Assembly (NCBI GenBank): GCA_963715005.1
Contig: CAVQQO010000006.1
Location: 293,293-357,292 of the forward strand
Source: an uncultured beta proteobacterium
GTDB lineage: Bacteria > Pseudomonadota > Gammaproteobacteria > Burkholderiales > Gallionellaceae
Direction: 5' to 3'
DNA: 64,000 nucleotides
Shown: positions 23,412-34,205 of the stretch, piece after piece
How positions within the stretch are numbered: position 1 is the stretch's first letter
Layout: each line of letters starts with the position of its first letter
Notes under the pieces: generated by a model
Seen by the model: the letters and a program-made list of their open reading frames with translations, nothing else
What the model was told of the DNA's origin: nothing
Databases searched by the model: none
Program-made: the position numbers and the translations under genes

Positions 23412-24907
23412 AGCCAGCGCTCCTCCGGTTTCCAGACGCTCAGTGCGCGGTGCGCGATCTCGGCATCCGAGAACGGATGGCGCACGCCGGCGATCTCCTG
23501 ATAATCCTCGTGTCCTTTGCCGGCCAGCAGCACGGTATCGTTCGGCTGCGCCTTGCCGATCGCATGCGTGATGGCCTTGGCCCGGTCTTCGATCACCTGG
23601 TACTCGCCCTGCATGCCCATGATGATGGCGTCGATGATGGCGCGCGGCTCTTCGCTGCGCGGATTGTCGCTGGTGACGATGCACACATCGGCGAACTTCG
23701 ATGCGACCGTTCCCATCATCGGACGTTTGCCGCGATCACGGTCGCCGCCGCAACCGAACACGCAGATGACCCTGCCGTCGGAAGGCGCCGTCACCTCGCG
23801 CAGGGTCAGCAATACTTTCTCCAGCGCATCCGGCGTGTGCGCGTAGTCCACCACCACTGCCGGCACATTCTTGCCGCCCAGTGTCTGCATGCGCCCCGCT
23901 ACCGCCTTCTGCAAACAAAGTTCGCGCACGGCGTCATCGATCCCGACTTCGCTGACCAGCAGCACCGCCAGTGCGCCGAGCAGATTGGATGCATTGAAAC
24001 GCCCGATCAGTTTGCTTTGCAGCGCAACTGCGCCCCAGCTGGTGTGCAGTTGCAGCGTCAGCCCCTGGGCATCCATCTGCGTAAGATTGCCGTACACCAT
24101 GCGGATGCCGAGACGCTCGGCGAGCCTTAACGATTCGTCATCCAGGCCGTAGCCGATCACCTCTACCGCCGCATCCTGCAACCGCTCGGCCAGTTCCGCC
24201 CCGAACTCATCGTCGAGATTGAGCACTGCATATTTGAGATGCGCCCAATCGAACAGACGGCGCTTTGCTGCCGCATAGCTTTGCATGTCGCCGTGGTAAT
24301 CGAGATGGTCGCGCGTCAGATTGGTGAGCAGCGCCACGTCGTAATGCACGCCGTTGACGCGCCCTTGCTCCAGCGCATGCGAGGACACCTCCATCACTGC
24401 CGCTTGCGCACCCTGCTGTGCATATTCGGCCAGCAGGCCATGCACCAGCAGCGCATCCGGCGTGGTGTTCGCGGTCGCCTGCAGCGCACTGGGGAAACCG
24501 TTGCCCAGCGTGCCGAGCAAGGCACTCTTGCGCCCCAGCGCACTGAACGTCCTGGCCAGCCAGTGGCTGCACGAAGTTTTGCCATTGGTACCGGTGACAC
24601 CGACCATCCATAACTTCTGCGACGGCTGGTCGTAGACACGATCGGCGATCCGCCCTGCCTGCTGGCGCAGGTCATGCACCGCCAGATTCGGCACATTCCA
24701 TTCGCTGTTCCATTTGAATCCGTGCGCTTCCCAGATCACCGCATTTGCGCCGCGTGCTATGGCCTGAGCGATGAAACCACGGCCATCTGACTGCGTGCCG
24801 GGATAAGCGACGAAAGTATCGCCTGATTGCACTGCACGGCTGTCGGACACCAGCCGCGTGATATTCACGCCCAGCGCGTTCAATTCGTCGAGGTGAAAGC
24901 CGCTCAT
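23408..24907 (-). CDS. murE: UDP-MurNAc-dipeptide--DAP ligase
   Basis: TGTNGKTS, EVSSH, DYAHTPDA, DNPR (DAP specificity), AGKGHE. Confidence 0.98.
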   Translation of the reverse strand: MSGFHLDELNALGVNITRLVSDSRAVQSGDTFVAYPGTQSDGRGFIAQAIARGANAVIWEAHGFKWNSEWNVPNLAVHDLRQQAGRIADRVYDQPSQKLWMVGVTGTNGKTSCSHWLARTFSALGRKSALLGTLGNGFPSALQATANTTPDALLVHGLLAEYAQQGAQAAVMEVSSHALEQGRVNGVHYDVALLTNLTRDHLDYHGDMQSYAAAKRRLFDWAHLKYAVLNLDDEFGAELAERLQDAAVEVIGYGLDDESLRLAERLGIRMVYGNLTQMDAQGLTLQLHTSWGAVALQSKLIGRFNASNLLGALAVLLVSEVGIDDAVRELCLQKAVAGRMQTLGGKNVPAVVVDYAHTPDALEKVLLTLREVTAPSDGRVICVFGCGGDRDRGKRPMMGTVASKFADVCIVTSDNPRSEEPRAIIDAIIMGMQGEYQVIEDRAKAITHAIGKAQPNDTVLLAGKGHEDYQEIAGVRHPFSDAEIAHRALSVWKPEERWL

Positions 24908-26637
24908 ACTTCCTCCCCGACGATTTCGCCCGGCGCCATGATCACATTATCCAGCGGGGCATCGTTCGGCACGCTGAGCAGGCGCAACGATGCGCCCATC
25001 ACATTGCTGAACACGGGAGCAGCAACCAGACCGCCGTAATAATCCCGACCGCCCGGTTCGTTGATCATCACGGCCACGATCAGGCGCGGATCGGATGCGG
25101 GCGCCATACCGACGAACGACGCCACATAGCGATTGATGTATTTTCCGTTCTCAAGCTTGTGTGCCGTACCGGTCTTGCCTGCCACCCGATAGCCGGTGAT
25201 CTGGGCCAGCGGTGCCGTGCCGCCCGGCCGTACCACCGTTTCCATCATGTCGCGTACTGCCTGCACCGTGGCATCCGAATAGACTTTGACACCCACCGCG
25301 GGTGTCTCCTGTTTAAGCAAAGTGATCGACTTCAGCTCGCCGCCGTTTGCAAAAACGGTGTAAGCACGCGCCAGCTGCAGCAGATTGACGGAGATGCCGT
25401 TGCCGTAGGACATGGTGGCCTGTTCGATGGGCCGCAACTTCTTGTAGTCGCGCAGCTTGCCCGCCGCCTCACCGGGAAATTCGCTCCCGGTCAGCGATCC
25501 AAAGCCGCTTCCATTCAGGCCGTGCCAGAAAGTCTCCGGCGTCAGGCCAAGCGCGATCTTGGCCGTGCCCACGTTGCTCGACTTCTGGATCACTTGTCCC
25601 ACGGTAAGTGATCGTTCCGGATGCGTGTCGTGGATGGTGCGTCCGTTCACGGTGAACACACCGCCTGCGGTATTGATGATCGTTCCCGGCTTGACCTTGC
25701 CCGTCTCCAGCGCCGTCGCCACGGTGAACGGCTTCATGGTGGAGCCAGGCTCGAACAAGTCGGTGACCGCGTGGTTGCGCAGCACCGATACGCTGGGCTT
25801 GTCGCGGTTGTTGGAATTGTAGGAAGGCCAGTTTGCCAGCGCCAACACCTCGCCGGTTTTGGCATCCAGCACCACAATGGAACCGGTCTTGGCTTTGTTG
25901 CGCTCGACTGCCTGCTTGATCTCGCGGAAGGCAAGCGACTGGATCTTGCTGTCTATGCTTAACGTGATGTTGCTGCCCGCTTTGGGTGCGCGCAAGCTGG
26001 CCACGTCTTCGACGATGTAGCCGCGTCGGTCCTTGATCACTTGCTGGCTGCCGGCCTTGCCGCCCAGTTGCGCCTGCTGCGCCAATTCAATGCCTTCCTG
26101 GCCGTTGTCATCCACGTCGGTGAAACCGATGAGGTGCGAGGTGACCTCGCCGCCGGGATAATAGCGGCGATATTCGCGCTGCAGCGACACACCGGGGATG
26201 CCCAGCTTCATCACCTTCCCCGCCTGCTCCGGCGGCAGTTGGCGTTTGAGATAAACGAATTCGCGCGAAGTGTCAGTGAGCTTGCTCTTCACTTCTTCAG
26301 GCTTTAAACCGACGATCTGCGCCAGTTGGATGACCTGCCTGGTTGAGATCTCGACATCGGCAGGACTCGCCCATACCGATTCCACCGGCGTGCTCACTGC
26401 CAGCGGTTCGCCGTGGCGATCCGTGATCATGCCGCGATGCGCATGGATATCGACGATACGGCCATAGCGCGCATCTCCTTTTTGCTGCAGAAAATCGTTG
26501 TTGATGCCTTGCAGGTAGACCGCGCGCACCAGCAAAGCTCCCAGCCCCGCCAACAGCAGCACGAACAGCACGCGCGAACGCCATGCGGGCAATGCGATCT
26601 GCCCGGTGGTTTGTATCGGTGTGGTGGCGTAGTTCAT
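24904..26637 (-). CDS. ftsI: Penicillin-binding protein 3
   Basis: STMK, SSN and KTG transpeptidase motifs. Confidence 0.97.
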   Translation of the reverse strand: MNYATTPIQTTGQIALPAWRSRVLFVLLLAGLGALLVRAVYLQGINNDFLQQKGDARYGRIVDIHAHRGMITDRHGEPLAVSTPVESVWASPADVEISTRQVIQLAQIVGLKPEEVKSKLTDTSREFVYLKRQLPPEQAGKVMKLGIPGVSLQREYRRYYPGGEVTSHLIGFTDVDDNGQEGIELAQQAQLGGKAGSQQVIKDRRGYIVEDVASLRAPKAGSNITLSIDSKIQSLAFREIKQAVERNKAKTGSIVVLDAKTGEVLALANWPSYNSNNRDKPSVSVLRNHAVTDLFEPGSTMKPFTVATALETGKVKPGTIINTAGGVFTVNGRTIHDTHPERSLTVGQVIQKSSNVGTAKIALGLTPETFWHGLNGSGFGSLTGSEFPGEAAGKLRDYKKLRPIEQATMSYGNGISVNLLQLARAYTVFANGGELKSITLLKQETPAVGVKVYSDATVQAVRDMMETVVRPGGTAPLAQITGYRVAGKTGTAHKLENGKYINRYVASFVGMAPASDPRLIVAVMINEPGGRDYYGGLVAAPVFSNVMGASLRLLSVPNDAPLDNVIMAPGEIVGEEV

Positions 26638-26918
26638 GGTTGCGTCACCACACCGGAACCCAGGCGGATATAACGAATCTGCGCGGACTGCGGCATCTGC
26701 ATCTGCAATTGACGGCTGGCGAGCTTCTCCACGCGCGCGGGCATAACCAGCGTGCCTTGCTCAAGTTGCAATTGCCCCCACTCCACGTCCATTTGCTGCG
26801 CCCTGTCTTTTTCTTTCTGCAATTCCACGTACAACTTGCGTGCCTTGTGCTGGGAGGTGACGACTCCCAACGCGCACGCGATGACTAAGATAAGCAACAG
26901 GACATTGAGCCTAGCCAC
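26634..26918 (-). CDS. ftsL: Cell division protein FtsL
   Basis: TM plus coiled coil EWGQLQLEQ...RVEKLA; dcw position. Confidence 0.93.
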   Translation of the reverse strand: MARLNVLLLILVIACALGVVTSQHKARKLYVELQKEKDRAQQMDVEWGQLQLEQGTLVMPARVEKLASRQLQMQMPQSAQIRYIRLGSGVVTQP

Positions 26919-27844
26919 CTATGCGCTCCGCCACTCGCAACACCGCGCTACGCGCGCGCGGGTTCGCCGATACTTCCGCCTCCGATGCATAGATCGGCTT
27001 GCCGATCAGATGCACCCTGCCTTGCGGCACGTCCGCGGCGCGGATCGGCACGTTCTTCGGCAACTTGTCGCCCTGCGCCATGTCACGCATGAAGTGTTTG
27101 ACCATGCGATCCTCCAGCGAATGAAAACTGATCACCGCCATGCGGCCGCCCGCTTTCAAGTGATCCACGCATTGCGGCAACACGCTCTCGAGTTCTTCGA
27201 GTTCGCGGTTGATATAAATCCGTATAGCCTGAAAGGTGCGCGTTGCCGGGTTTTTGCCTGGTTCGCGCGTGCGTACGACCTGAGCAACGATGTCGCTGAG
27301 CTGTTTCGTGGTGAGGATTTCTCGTTCCTGGCGCGCAGCAACAATCGCCCTTGCAATCTGCCTAGCAAACCGTTCTTCGCCGTAATCACGTATCACCTCC
27401 GCCAGTTCGCCTTCATCCGCCGTCGCCAGCCATTCCGCCGCCGTCTGCCCCCTGCTGGTATCCATGCGCATGTCCAGCGGTGCATCGAACCGGAAACTGA
27501 AACCGCGCTGCTCATCGTCCAGTTGCGGCGACGACACGCCCAGATCCAGCAGCACGCCATCCACCTTTCTCGATACCGAGTTCGCGCAACACTGCGCCCA
27601 GATGCTCGAAGCCGCTATGCACCATCCGGAAGCGCGCATCGCTGATTGCCTTACCGGCCGCCACCGCGGTCGGATCTTTATCCAGCGCGATCAACCGTCC
27701 GTGCTTACCCAGCTTTTCCAGAATCAGTCGACTGTGTCCGCCCCGCCCGAACGTGCCATCCACATAAATGCCTTCCGCCTTCACATGCAACGCTTCGACT
27801 GCTTCGTTTAACAGGACGGTTGAATGAGCCAAATCCCGGCTCAC
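26911..27844 (-). CDS. rsmH: 16S rRNA m4C1402 methyltransferase (apparent frameshift near 27565)
   Basis: [36 protein letters not shown]. Confidence 0.97.
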
Positions 27845-28287
27845 AGCGTAAAGCCCTCCAACTCGGGCGGCAGATTGTCTGCCGTGAAGCCGGTCATCTT
27901 CTCGTTCTGCGCCTGCCAGCGGGTCTCATCCCACAGCTCGAATTTGTTGCCCTGCCCCACCAGCATCACGCGCTTATCCAGCACCGCAAAAGTGCGCAGT
28001 GTGGGTGACACCAGCACACGACCGGCGGCATCCATCACCGTGTCTTCGGCATGACCGACCAGAAAGCGTTGCAGCGCGCGGATGCGCGGATCGAAGGCAG
28101 ACAGCTTCATCAATTTTTCGCGGATGGGCTGCCATTCGGGCTGCGGGTAGACCAACAGACAACCGTCGGCATCGGCAGTCAGCACCAGCTGACCTGCGCA
28201 ATGCGCAAGCAGCATGTCGCGATACCGCGCCGGTATCGCGAGCCTGCCCTTGCTATCCAGATTGAGTTGTGTCGCCCCTTGGAACAT
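27841..28287 (-). CDS. mraZ: Transcriptional regulator MraZ
   Basis: [29 protein letters not shown]. Confidence 0.97.
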   Translation of the reverse strand: MFQGATQLNLDSKGRLAIPARYRDMLLAHCAGQLVLTADADGCLLVYPQPEWQPIREKLMKLSAFDPRIRALQRFLVGHAEDTVMDAAGRVLVSPTLRTFAVLDKRVMLVGQGNKFELWDETRWQAQNEKMTGFTADNLPPELEGFTL

Positions 28288-28290
28288 CCC

Positions 28291-28357
28291 GTTTACCCAC
28301 CTTTACCCACTTTTTACCACTTATGCTCACTATATTGAAAAAGAATAGGGTGGTCAA
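28291..28357 (-). promoter_or_regulatory. Sigma70 promoter of the dcw operon plus MraZ-binding repeats
   Basis: TTGACC (28357-28352)-N17-TATAGT (28334-28329); GTGAG/GTGGT/GTGGG/GTGGG at exact 10-bp periodicity (starting 28330, 28320, 28310, 28300). Confidence 0.85.
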
Positions 28358-28577
28358 GCAAGAAAACTGGATTTCTCTTTACGGGACAAGGGCTTAGCGC
28401 ACAATGTTAATGCCAAACAAATGTGCTTATAAAGCAACGAATTGCACATATAAGCTAAAGTTGTTTGTAATGGAGACCTGGATTTTCTTGCGGATTGCAA
28501 CTGATAAACGGCCGCGAATGGACGCCACGATGCCGCATGTAGCGCATAACGCTTGAAAGATTACATATCTGAAAAGT

Positions 28578-28927
28578 GAAGCCAGCCGGTAAGCCGGGTT
28601 CTGTCGTGGACAGTCATTCCTCTAGGCGTTTCGTTACCTGACGCTCAAGCAACCTACCCGCTGGCGACGCGAGCCACGTCATAGCCAGCCTATTTGGTCT
28701 TGCTCCGGATGGGGTTTACCCTGCCACTGATGTTGCCACCAGCGCGGTGAGCTCTTACCTCGCCATTTCAACCTTACCTGATCTGCTCGCGCAGCCATCG
28801 GCGGTGTATTTTCTGTGGCACTTTCCATCGCCTCACGGCGTCCGGCCGTTAACCGGCATCCTGCTCTATGGAGCCCGGACTTTCCTCTACACAGCATGAA
28901 GTGTGCAGCGACTGTCTAGCCAGCTTC
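28578..28927 (-). ncRNA. rnpB: RNase P RNA (type A)
   Basis: GAGGAAAGTCCGGGCTC near the 5' end, ACAGAACCCGGCTTA near the 3' end, P1 closure GAAGCTGGC/GCTGGCTTC; upstream TGnTAGACT -10. Confidence 0.97.
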
Positions 28928-29002
28928 GGGGCGGAGTCTATCACGGGATGAAAAACGAAAAGCCCGGAATACGAGCTTTTCCATGACGCAAACCAAAACT
29001 GC

Positions 29003-29215
29003 CTATTTGCCCTGCAATGCCTGTCCCGTCTTTTCCAGAGCTTTACCGCTTTGCTCCAGCGTCTCACTGCCCAGCTGCTTGGCACGATCGACTATCGATT
29101 CTTTTGCGAAAGGATTGGAAAGCAGCGGCTTTCCGCGTCCGATATTGACACCCAGTGCCATGCCAATAATTACTCCGACTACCAGGCTGATCAGAATGAT
29201 TTTGAATTGCTTCAT
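29003..29215 (-). CDS. Small single-TM hypothetical protein (70 aa)
   Basis: GGAG RBS, N-terminal hydrophobic helix, GVNIGRGKPLLSNPF, amphipathic tail. Confidence 0.75.
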   Translation of the reverse strand: MKQFKIILISLVVGVIIGMALGVNIGRGKPLLSNPFAKESIVDRAKQLGSETLEQSGKALEKTGQALQGK

Positions 29216-29266
29216 CTAGAATATCTCCGGTTAGTTTCCAACATTTTTGCTACTGCCAATTTTGGC

Positions 29267-30745
29267 CTATCCCTCGACCACTTGCATGCTCACGCCCAGG
29301 TCTTTCCACTGTCGGCCCTCATCCAGCAAGGCGGTCTCGGTGAGCGGATTCTGCACCAGCCAGCCAGGAGCAATGACGAGGTGGAATTTGCTGCCGCTGA
29401 AGCGGCCTTTCAGCGCGGGGAGTTCTACATCGCTACGGTTACGATAAATGAGTGCCGCCACGCGAAGTGCCATCACTTGAGCCAAGTCTTGCGGCGTATT
29501 TAACAGTCCGCGCAATTTTTCCAAACCGCCGCGGTGTGCCAACGCTAACAGGCTGAGGTGGTTTTGCTCCTTTCTGGAAAAACCCGGCATATCGGCATTG
29601 GCAAGGATGTAGGCGGTGTGTTTGTGATAGCCGCTGTGCGCAACGCTGATGCCGATCTCGTGCAGGTTCGCCGCCCATGTGAACAGGTGCGAGTCCTCCT
29701 CGCCGAACTGGTCTTCCAGAAATTGCCGCGCCAACAAATCAGCCAGATGCGCCACACGCGATGCCTGTCGGGCATCCACATGGTAGCGACGCATGAACTG
29801 CTGCACGGTGACTTCGCGCATGTCATGGTTGTGGAAACGCCCAAGGAGGTCGTACAGCACACCTTCACGCAATGCGCCAAGCGCGGGCTGCATGCGCTCG
29901 ATACCTAACTCGCAAAACGCGGCATACATGATGGCGAAACCGCCGGGCAGCACAGGAATGCGATCCGCTTTCAACCCGGGCAGATCAAGCCTGTTCACGT
30001 CACCCGCCTTGAGCAACTGCGCACGGAGTTGTTCCAACCCTTCACGCGTGATGCCGCCATCGCTGTAGCCGTTTTGTTCGATGATATCGCATAGCACGCG
30101 GGCGCTGCCGGAGGAGCCAAGGGCCACATCCCAATGATCGCGCGAGAATTCGCTGACGATAGCTTGCACTTCAGTGCGCGCAGCAAGTTCGGCTTGCTTG
30201 AGGTTGGACTTGTTGATCTTGCCGTCCGGAAAATAGCGCACACTGAAACTGACACAACCCATGTACAGGCTTTCCAGCTTGTGGGGATGCAGACCGTTGC
30301 CGACGATGAATTCGGTGGATCCACCGCCGATATCCATCACCAGTCGCCTGCCTTCAGATTGCGGCAGGCCTTGCGCGACGCCGAGATAGATGAGGCGCGC
30401 TTCTTCGCGCCCGGCGATGACATCGATAGGAAAGCCAAGCGCGGCTTCGGCCTGCTGCAGGAATTCGGAAGCGTTCCTGGCGACGCGCAGCGAATTGGTG
30501 CCGACTGCACGCACCGCTTCGCGTGGCAATCCGCGCAGGCGTTCGCCGAAACGTTGCAAACAGGCGAGCGCACGTTGTTGCGATGCTTTGTCGAGGCGCC
30601 TGTCTTCCGTCAGTCCGGCAGCCAAACGCACAGCCTCGCGCAAGCCATCCAGCATGTAAAGTTGGTCATTCTCAACACGGGCGACTTGCAGGCGAAAACT
30701 GTTGGAGCCGAGATCGACAGCTGCGAGGATAGGTTGCTGCTGCAC
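29267..30745 (-). CDS. ppx: Exopolyphosphatase
   Basis: DLGSNSF, GREEARLIY, DIGGGSTE, LHEIG..HHK-like HD region. Confidence 0.96.
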   Translation of the reverse strand: MQQQPILAAVDLGSNSFRLQVARVENDQLYMLDGLREAVRLAAGLTEDRRLDKASQQRALACLQRFGERLRGLPREAVRAVGTNSLRVARNASEFLQQAEAALGFPIDVIAGREEARLIYLGVAQGLPQSEGRRLVMDIGGGSTEFIVGNGLHPHKLESLYMGCVSFSVRYFPDGKINKSNLKQAELAARTEVQAIVSEFSRDHWDVALGSSGSARVLCDIIEQNGYSDGGITREGLEQLRAQLLKAGDVNRLDLPGLKADRIPVLPGGFAIMYAAFCELGIERMQPALGALREGVLYDLLGRFHNHDMREVTVQQFMRRYHVDARQASRVAHLADLLARQFLEDQFGEEDSHLFTWAANLHEIGISVAHSGYHKHTAYILANADMPGFSRKEQNHLSLLALAHRGGLEKLRGLLNTPQDLAQVMALRVAALIYRNRSDVELPALKGRFSGSKFHLVIAPGWLVQNPLTETALLDEGRQWKDLGVSMQVVEG

Positions 30746-30750
30746 AGAGT

Positions 30751-31458
30751 TTATTCGAGAACTTCGCGTTCTATCTCTTCCACGGTCACGTGACGCACAT
30801 CGCGGCCCTTGACCATGTACACCACGTATTCGGACATGTTTTTGGCATGATCGCCAATACGCTCGATGGCCTTGGCTACGAACAAAATCTCCAGCGAAGT
30901 GGAAATGGTGCGCGGATCTTCCATCATGAACGTAATGAGGTAGCGCATGATGGCACGGAACTCTTCATCCACCTGCTCGTCCTGACGCACCACTTGTGCG
31001 GCTGTAGCGAGATCGAGACGCGCAAATGCATCCAGCGATTTGCGCAACATATCCAGCGCAATATCCGCCGCATGCTTGATCTCGTTGTAACGCGGCAGGT
31101 GCAGGCGTTCTTTCTGCGACAGCAGCTTGGCCATGCGCGCGATCTTTTCCGCTTCGTCGCCGATGCGCTCCAGGTCGGTGATGGTCTTGATGACTGTCAT
31201 CACCATACGCAAGTCGCCTGCTGCCGGTTGGCGGCGTACCAAAATACGGTTGCAACTTTCGTCGATCTCCACTTCCATCGCATTGACGCGATGGTCGTCG
31301 TCGATCACGCGATTCATCAGCGCCACATCGCCCGTGGTCAGCGATTCGACCGCCAGACGGATCTGGCTTTCGACCAGCCCGCCCATCTGCAACACGCGTG
31401 CGCGCACCGCTTCGAGTTCAGCGTCGAATTGTTTCGAAGTATGTTCGCTACCGGCCAT
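30751..31458 (-). CDS. phoU: Phosphate signalling protein PhoU
   Basis: RRQPAAGDLR, DLERIGD, ERIGDHAKN. Confidence 0.97.
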   Translation of the reverse strand: MAGSEHTSKQFDAELEAVRARVLQMGGLVESQIRLAVESLTTGDVALMNRVIDDDHRVNAMEVEIDESCNRILVRRQPAAGDLRMVMTVIKTITDLERIGDEAEKIARMAKLLSQKERLHLPRYNEIKHAADIALDMLRKSLDAFARLDLATAAQVVRQDEQVDEEFRAIMRYLITFMMEDPRTISTSLEILFVAKAIERIGDHAKNMSEYVVYMVKGRDVRHVTVEEIEREVLE

Positions 31459-31518
31459 GATCGCTCCTTAAGGGTTACTGCAAATGACGGATGCTAGCAA
31501 TGCACCGTTAAACTTTTG

Positions 31519-32187
31519 TTACTCGGCGGTGAGCGTCTTCACGCCGTCAGGCGTACCCAGCAGCAACACGTCCGCTGCGCGACGCGCGAACAGGCCGTTG
31601 GTCACCACACCGGGCAATTGGTTCAACATCGTCTCCAGCTCAACCGGATTCATGATTTGCAAATTATGCACATCGAGGATGACGTTGCCGTTATCCGTCG
31701 TGAAACCCTCGCGCAGCTTCGGCTGACCGCCCAGTTTCACCACTTCGCGCGCGATGTAGCTGCGCGCCATCGGAATCACTTCGATCGGCAGCGGGAACTT
31801 GCCCAGCACATCCACCAGCTTGCTGGCATCGCATACGCAGATGAACTTCTTGCTGGCTGCCGCCACGATCTTCTCGCGCGTCAATGCCCCGCCGCCGCCC
31901 TTCACCATGTGCATATGGCGCGTGATTTCGTCCGCGCCGTCCACATACACCGGCAGATCACCTGCGTCGTTCAGCGACAGCACCTCGATGCCGTGCCCTT
32001 GCAGACGCTTGGCTGACGCCTCGGAACTGGCGACAGCGCCGCGAATCTTGCCTTTGATCTTGGCCAGTTCATCGATGAAAAAATTGGCGGTGGAACCGGT
32101 GCCCACGCCCACGATGCAGTCATTCGGTACATAAGCGATCGCTGCCTGCGCGACCGCGCGTTTCATATCGTCTTGCGTCAAAGCCAT
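31519..32187 (-). CDS. rpiA: Ribose-5-phosphate isomerase A
   Basis: [23 protein letters not shown]. Confidence 0.97.
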   Translation of the reverse strand: MALTQDDMKRAVAQAAIAYVPNDCIVGVGTGSTANFFIDELAKIKGKIRGAVASSEASAKRLQGHGIEVLSLNDAGDLPVYVDGADEITRHMHMVKGGGGALTREKIVAAASKKFICVCDASKLVDVLGKFPLPIEVIPMARSYIAREVVKLGGQPKLREGFTTDNGNVILDVHNLQIMNPVELETMLNQLPGVVTNGLFARRAADVLLLGTPDGVKTLTAE

Positions 32188-32322
32188 TTTTGTTTTCCCT
32201 GATTCGGTAATATCGTTTCGTGCAGGGATTATTGCAGGAATTCGCCAATTTAGAAACCTCGCACCTCCTTTTGCGTTAACTCTTTGCAAACCGGCGATTT
32301 GCATTTAGGATTCGCCTGCCGT

Positions 32323-32398
32323 GGGGGTGTAGCTCAGTTGGGAGAGCGTCTGGTTCGCAATCAGAAGGTCGTCAGTTCGATCCTGATCACCTCCACCA
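32323..32398 (+). tRNA. tRNA-Ala (anticodon CGC)
   Basis: 76-nt cloverleaf, acceptor GGGGGTG/CACCTCC with G3:U70, anticodon loop TT-CGC-AA, GTTCGA T-loop, encoded CCA. Confidence 0.97.
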
Positions 32399-32414
32399 AT
32401 TCCAGAACTTTTTT

Positions 32415-33312
32415 CTAGCCTCTCGGATGGTGCATCGCATGCAGCGCCTTCAAGCGCTCGCGTGCCACATGCGTGTATATCTGCGTCGTCGAGATATCCG
32501 AATGCCCCAGCAGCATCTGCACCACGCGCAGGTCGGCGCCGTGGTTGAGCAGGTGCGTGGCGAAGGCGTGGCGCAAGGTGTGCGGCGACAGCGGCTTGTG
32601 CAACCCGCCGTGTTTCGCGTGCTTCTTGATGAGATACCAGAACATCTGCCGCGTCATCGCTTCACCGCGCTGGGTGACGAACAGCGCGTCGCTCAACTTG
32701 CCCAAGAGCAAGGCAGGACGGGCTTCCGCGAGGTATCTCCTGACCCAGTCCAGCGCCTCTTCGCCCAGCGGCACCAGACGTTCCTTGCTGCCCTTGCCCA
32801 TCACGCGCGTCACGCCCATGTCCAGACTCACCTGCGCCACGCTCAGGCCCACCAGTTCCGACACGCGCAGGCCGCTGGCATACAGCACTTCCAGCATGGT
32901 GCGGTCGCGCATGCCGAGCGGCGTCTCGACATCCGGCGCATTCAGCAGCAACTCGACATCTTCTTCGGTGAGACTCTTGGGCAGGCTGCGCGGCAGTTTG
33001 GGCGTGGCGATCTGCAGGGTCGGGATCGACGGCAATCCTGTTCTGCCGCAGCAGGTAGCGAAACAGGCGCTTGAGGCTGGAGATGGCGCGCGAGGTGGAG
33101 GTGGCTTTGGCTTTCTCGCCGCTCACCAGATGCGCCAGGAAGCCCTGTATGTCGGCATGGGTGGCGGCCTGCAAGCCGCAACCACGCTGCTTCTCCAGCC
33201 AGTCCGCAAACTTGTTCAGGTCGCGCCGGTAGCTGTCCAGCGTGTTGCGCGACAGGCCGTCCTCCAGCCACAGCGCATCGCTGAATTCGTCCAGCAGTTC
33301 AGCGTCGCTCAT
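32415..33312 (-). CDS. xerD: Site-specific recombinase XerD (apparent frameshift near 33022)
   Basis: LWLEDGLSRNTL..YRRDL, YASGLRVSEL, HTLRHAFATHLLNHGADLRVVQMLLGHSDISTTQIYTHV. Confidence 0.96.
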
Positions 33313-33760
33313 GTGCCAGCAACCAGCGCTTGATATCGAGCGCCGCATTATCTGCGCGATGCATGAAGCCACCCAGACCCGCCTTGCTCACCACGCGGTG
33401 ACAAGGAATGACGATGGGAACGGGATTGTTGCCGCAAGCCTGACCGATAGCACGCGCACTGGAACCAAGCTGCGCGGCAAGCTCACCGTAGGTCTGCGTT
33501 TGTCCGCACGGAATGGCCCGCATGGCTTGCCATACTTTGCGCTGATGCTCGGTACCATCGAGCTTGAGCGGCAAATCGAAGCGAAATTCCGCATCGGCGA
33601 AATACGCCTCAAGCTGCTTGTTCACCTCTTTTGCCAGAGGACTGCGCGGTGCGCTTGCCTGCGCATTGACCGGGAGAAACTCGATACCCAGCAACGCCTC
33701 ATCCGTGCAACGGATGCCGAGCTTGCCGAAAGGCGCCGCGAGAATGGAGTGGTAATTCAT
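33299..33760 (-). CDS. ogt: Methylated-DNA--protein-cysteine methyltransferase
   Basis: IPCHRVV active site, TYGELA, ARAIGQAC. Confidence 0.93.
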   Translation of the reverse strand: MNYHSILAAPFGKLGIRCTDEALLGIEFLPVNAQASAPRSPLAKEVNKQLEAYFADAEFRFDLPLKLDGTEHQRKVWQAMRAIPCGQTQTYGELAAQLGSSARAIGQACGNNPVPIVIPCHRVVSKAGLGGFMHRADNAALDIKRWLLAHERR

Positions 33761-33780
33761 GCAAACATGATAACGGAAAT

Positions 33781-33808
33781 AAAAAACGGGAGCCGAGGCT
33801 CCCGTTTT
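33781..33808 (-). terminator. Terminator of the rpsP-rplS operon (bidirectional shape)
   Basis: AAAACGGGAGCC-GA-GGCTCCCGTTTT. Confidence 0.8.
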
Positions 33809-33830
33809 CTTTACTGCGTGTAGCGCTTGC

Positions 33831-34205
33831 TTACGCTGCAGTTGTAGTGCGCGCAGCCAGCTTTTCCTTGATACGTGCCGACTTGCCGGAACGATCGCGC
33901 AGGTAGTACAGCTTGGCGCGGCGCACATCGCCGCGACGCTTCACTTCGATGCTGGCGATGCTCGGAGAGTAGGTCTGGAAGGTACGTTCCACGCCTTCGC
34001 CGGAGGACACCTTGCGCACGATGAAGCTGGAGTTCAGCCCCTTGTTGCGCTTGGCGATGACCACGCCTTCGTAAGCCTGCACGCGCTTCTTGTCGCCTTC
34101 AACCACATTGACCTGAACGATAACAGTGTCGCCGGGTGCAAAGTTGGGGATGGTCTTGCCCAGACGGGCGATTTCTTCTTTTTCGAGAATTCCGATCAGA
34201 TTCAT
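33831..34205 (-). CDS. rplS: 50S ribosomal protein L19
   Basis: [18 protein letters not shown]. Confidence 0.99.
   Translation of the reverse strand: MNLIGILEKEEIARLGKTIPNFAPGDTVIVQVNVVEGDKKRVQAYEGVVIAKRNKGLNSSFIVRKVSSGEGVERTFQTYSPSIASIEVKRRGDVRRAKLYYLRDRSGKSARIKEKLAARTTTAA

Noticed and set aside
28679-29085. Short ORFs overlapping 28578-28927
   Set aside because: Region is RNase P RNA and its promoter
32323-33312. tRNA plus tyrosine recombinase as an integrative element
   Set aside because: The recombinase is housekeeping XerD; no duplicated tRNA 3' end or cargo genes were seen
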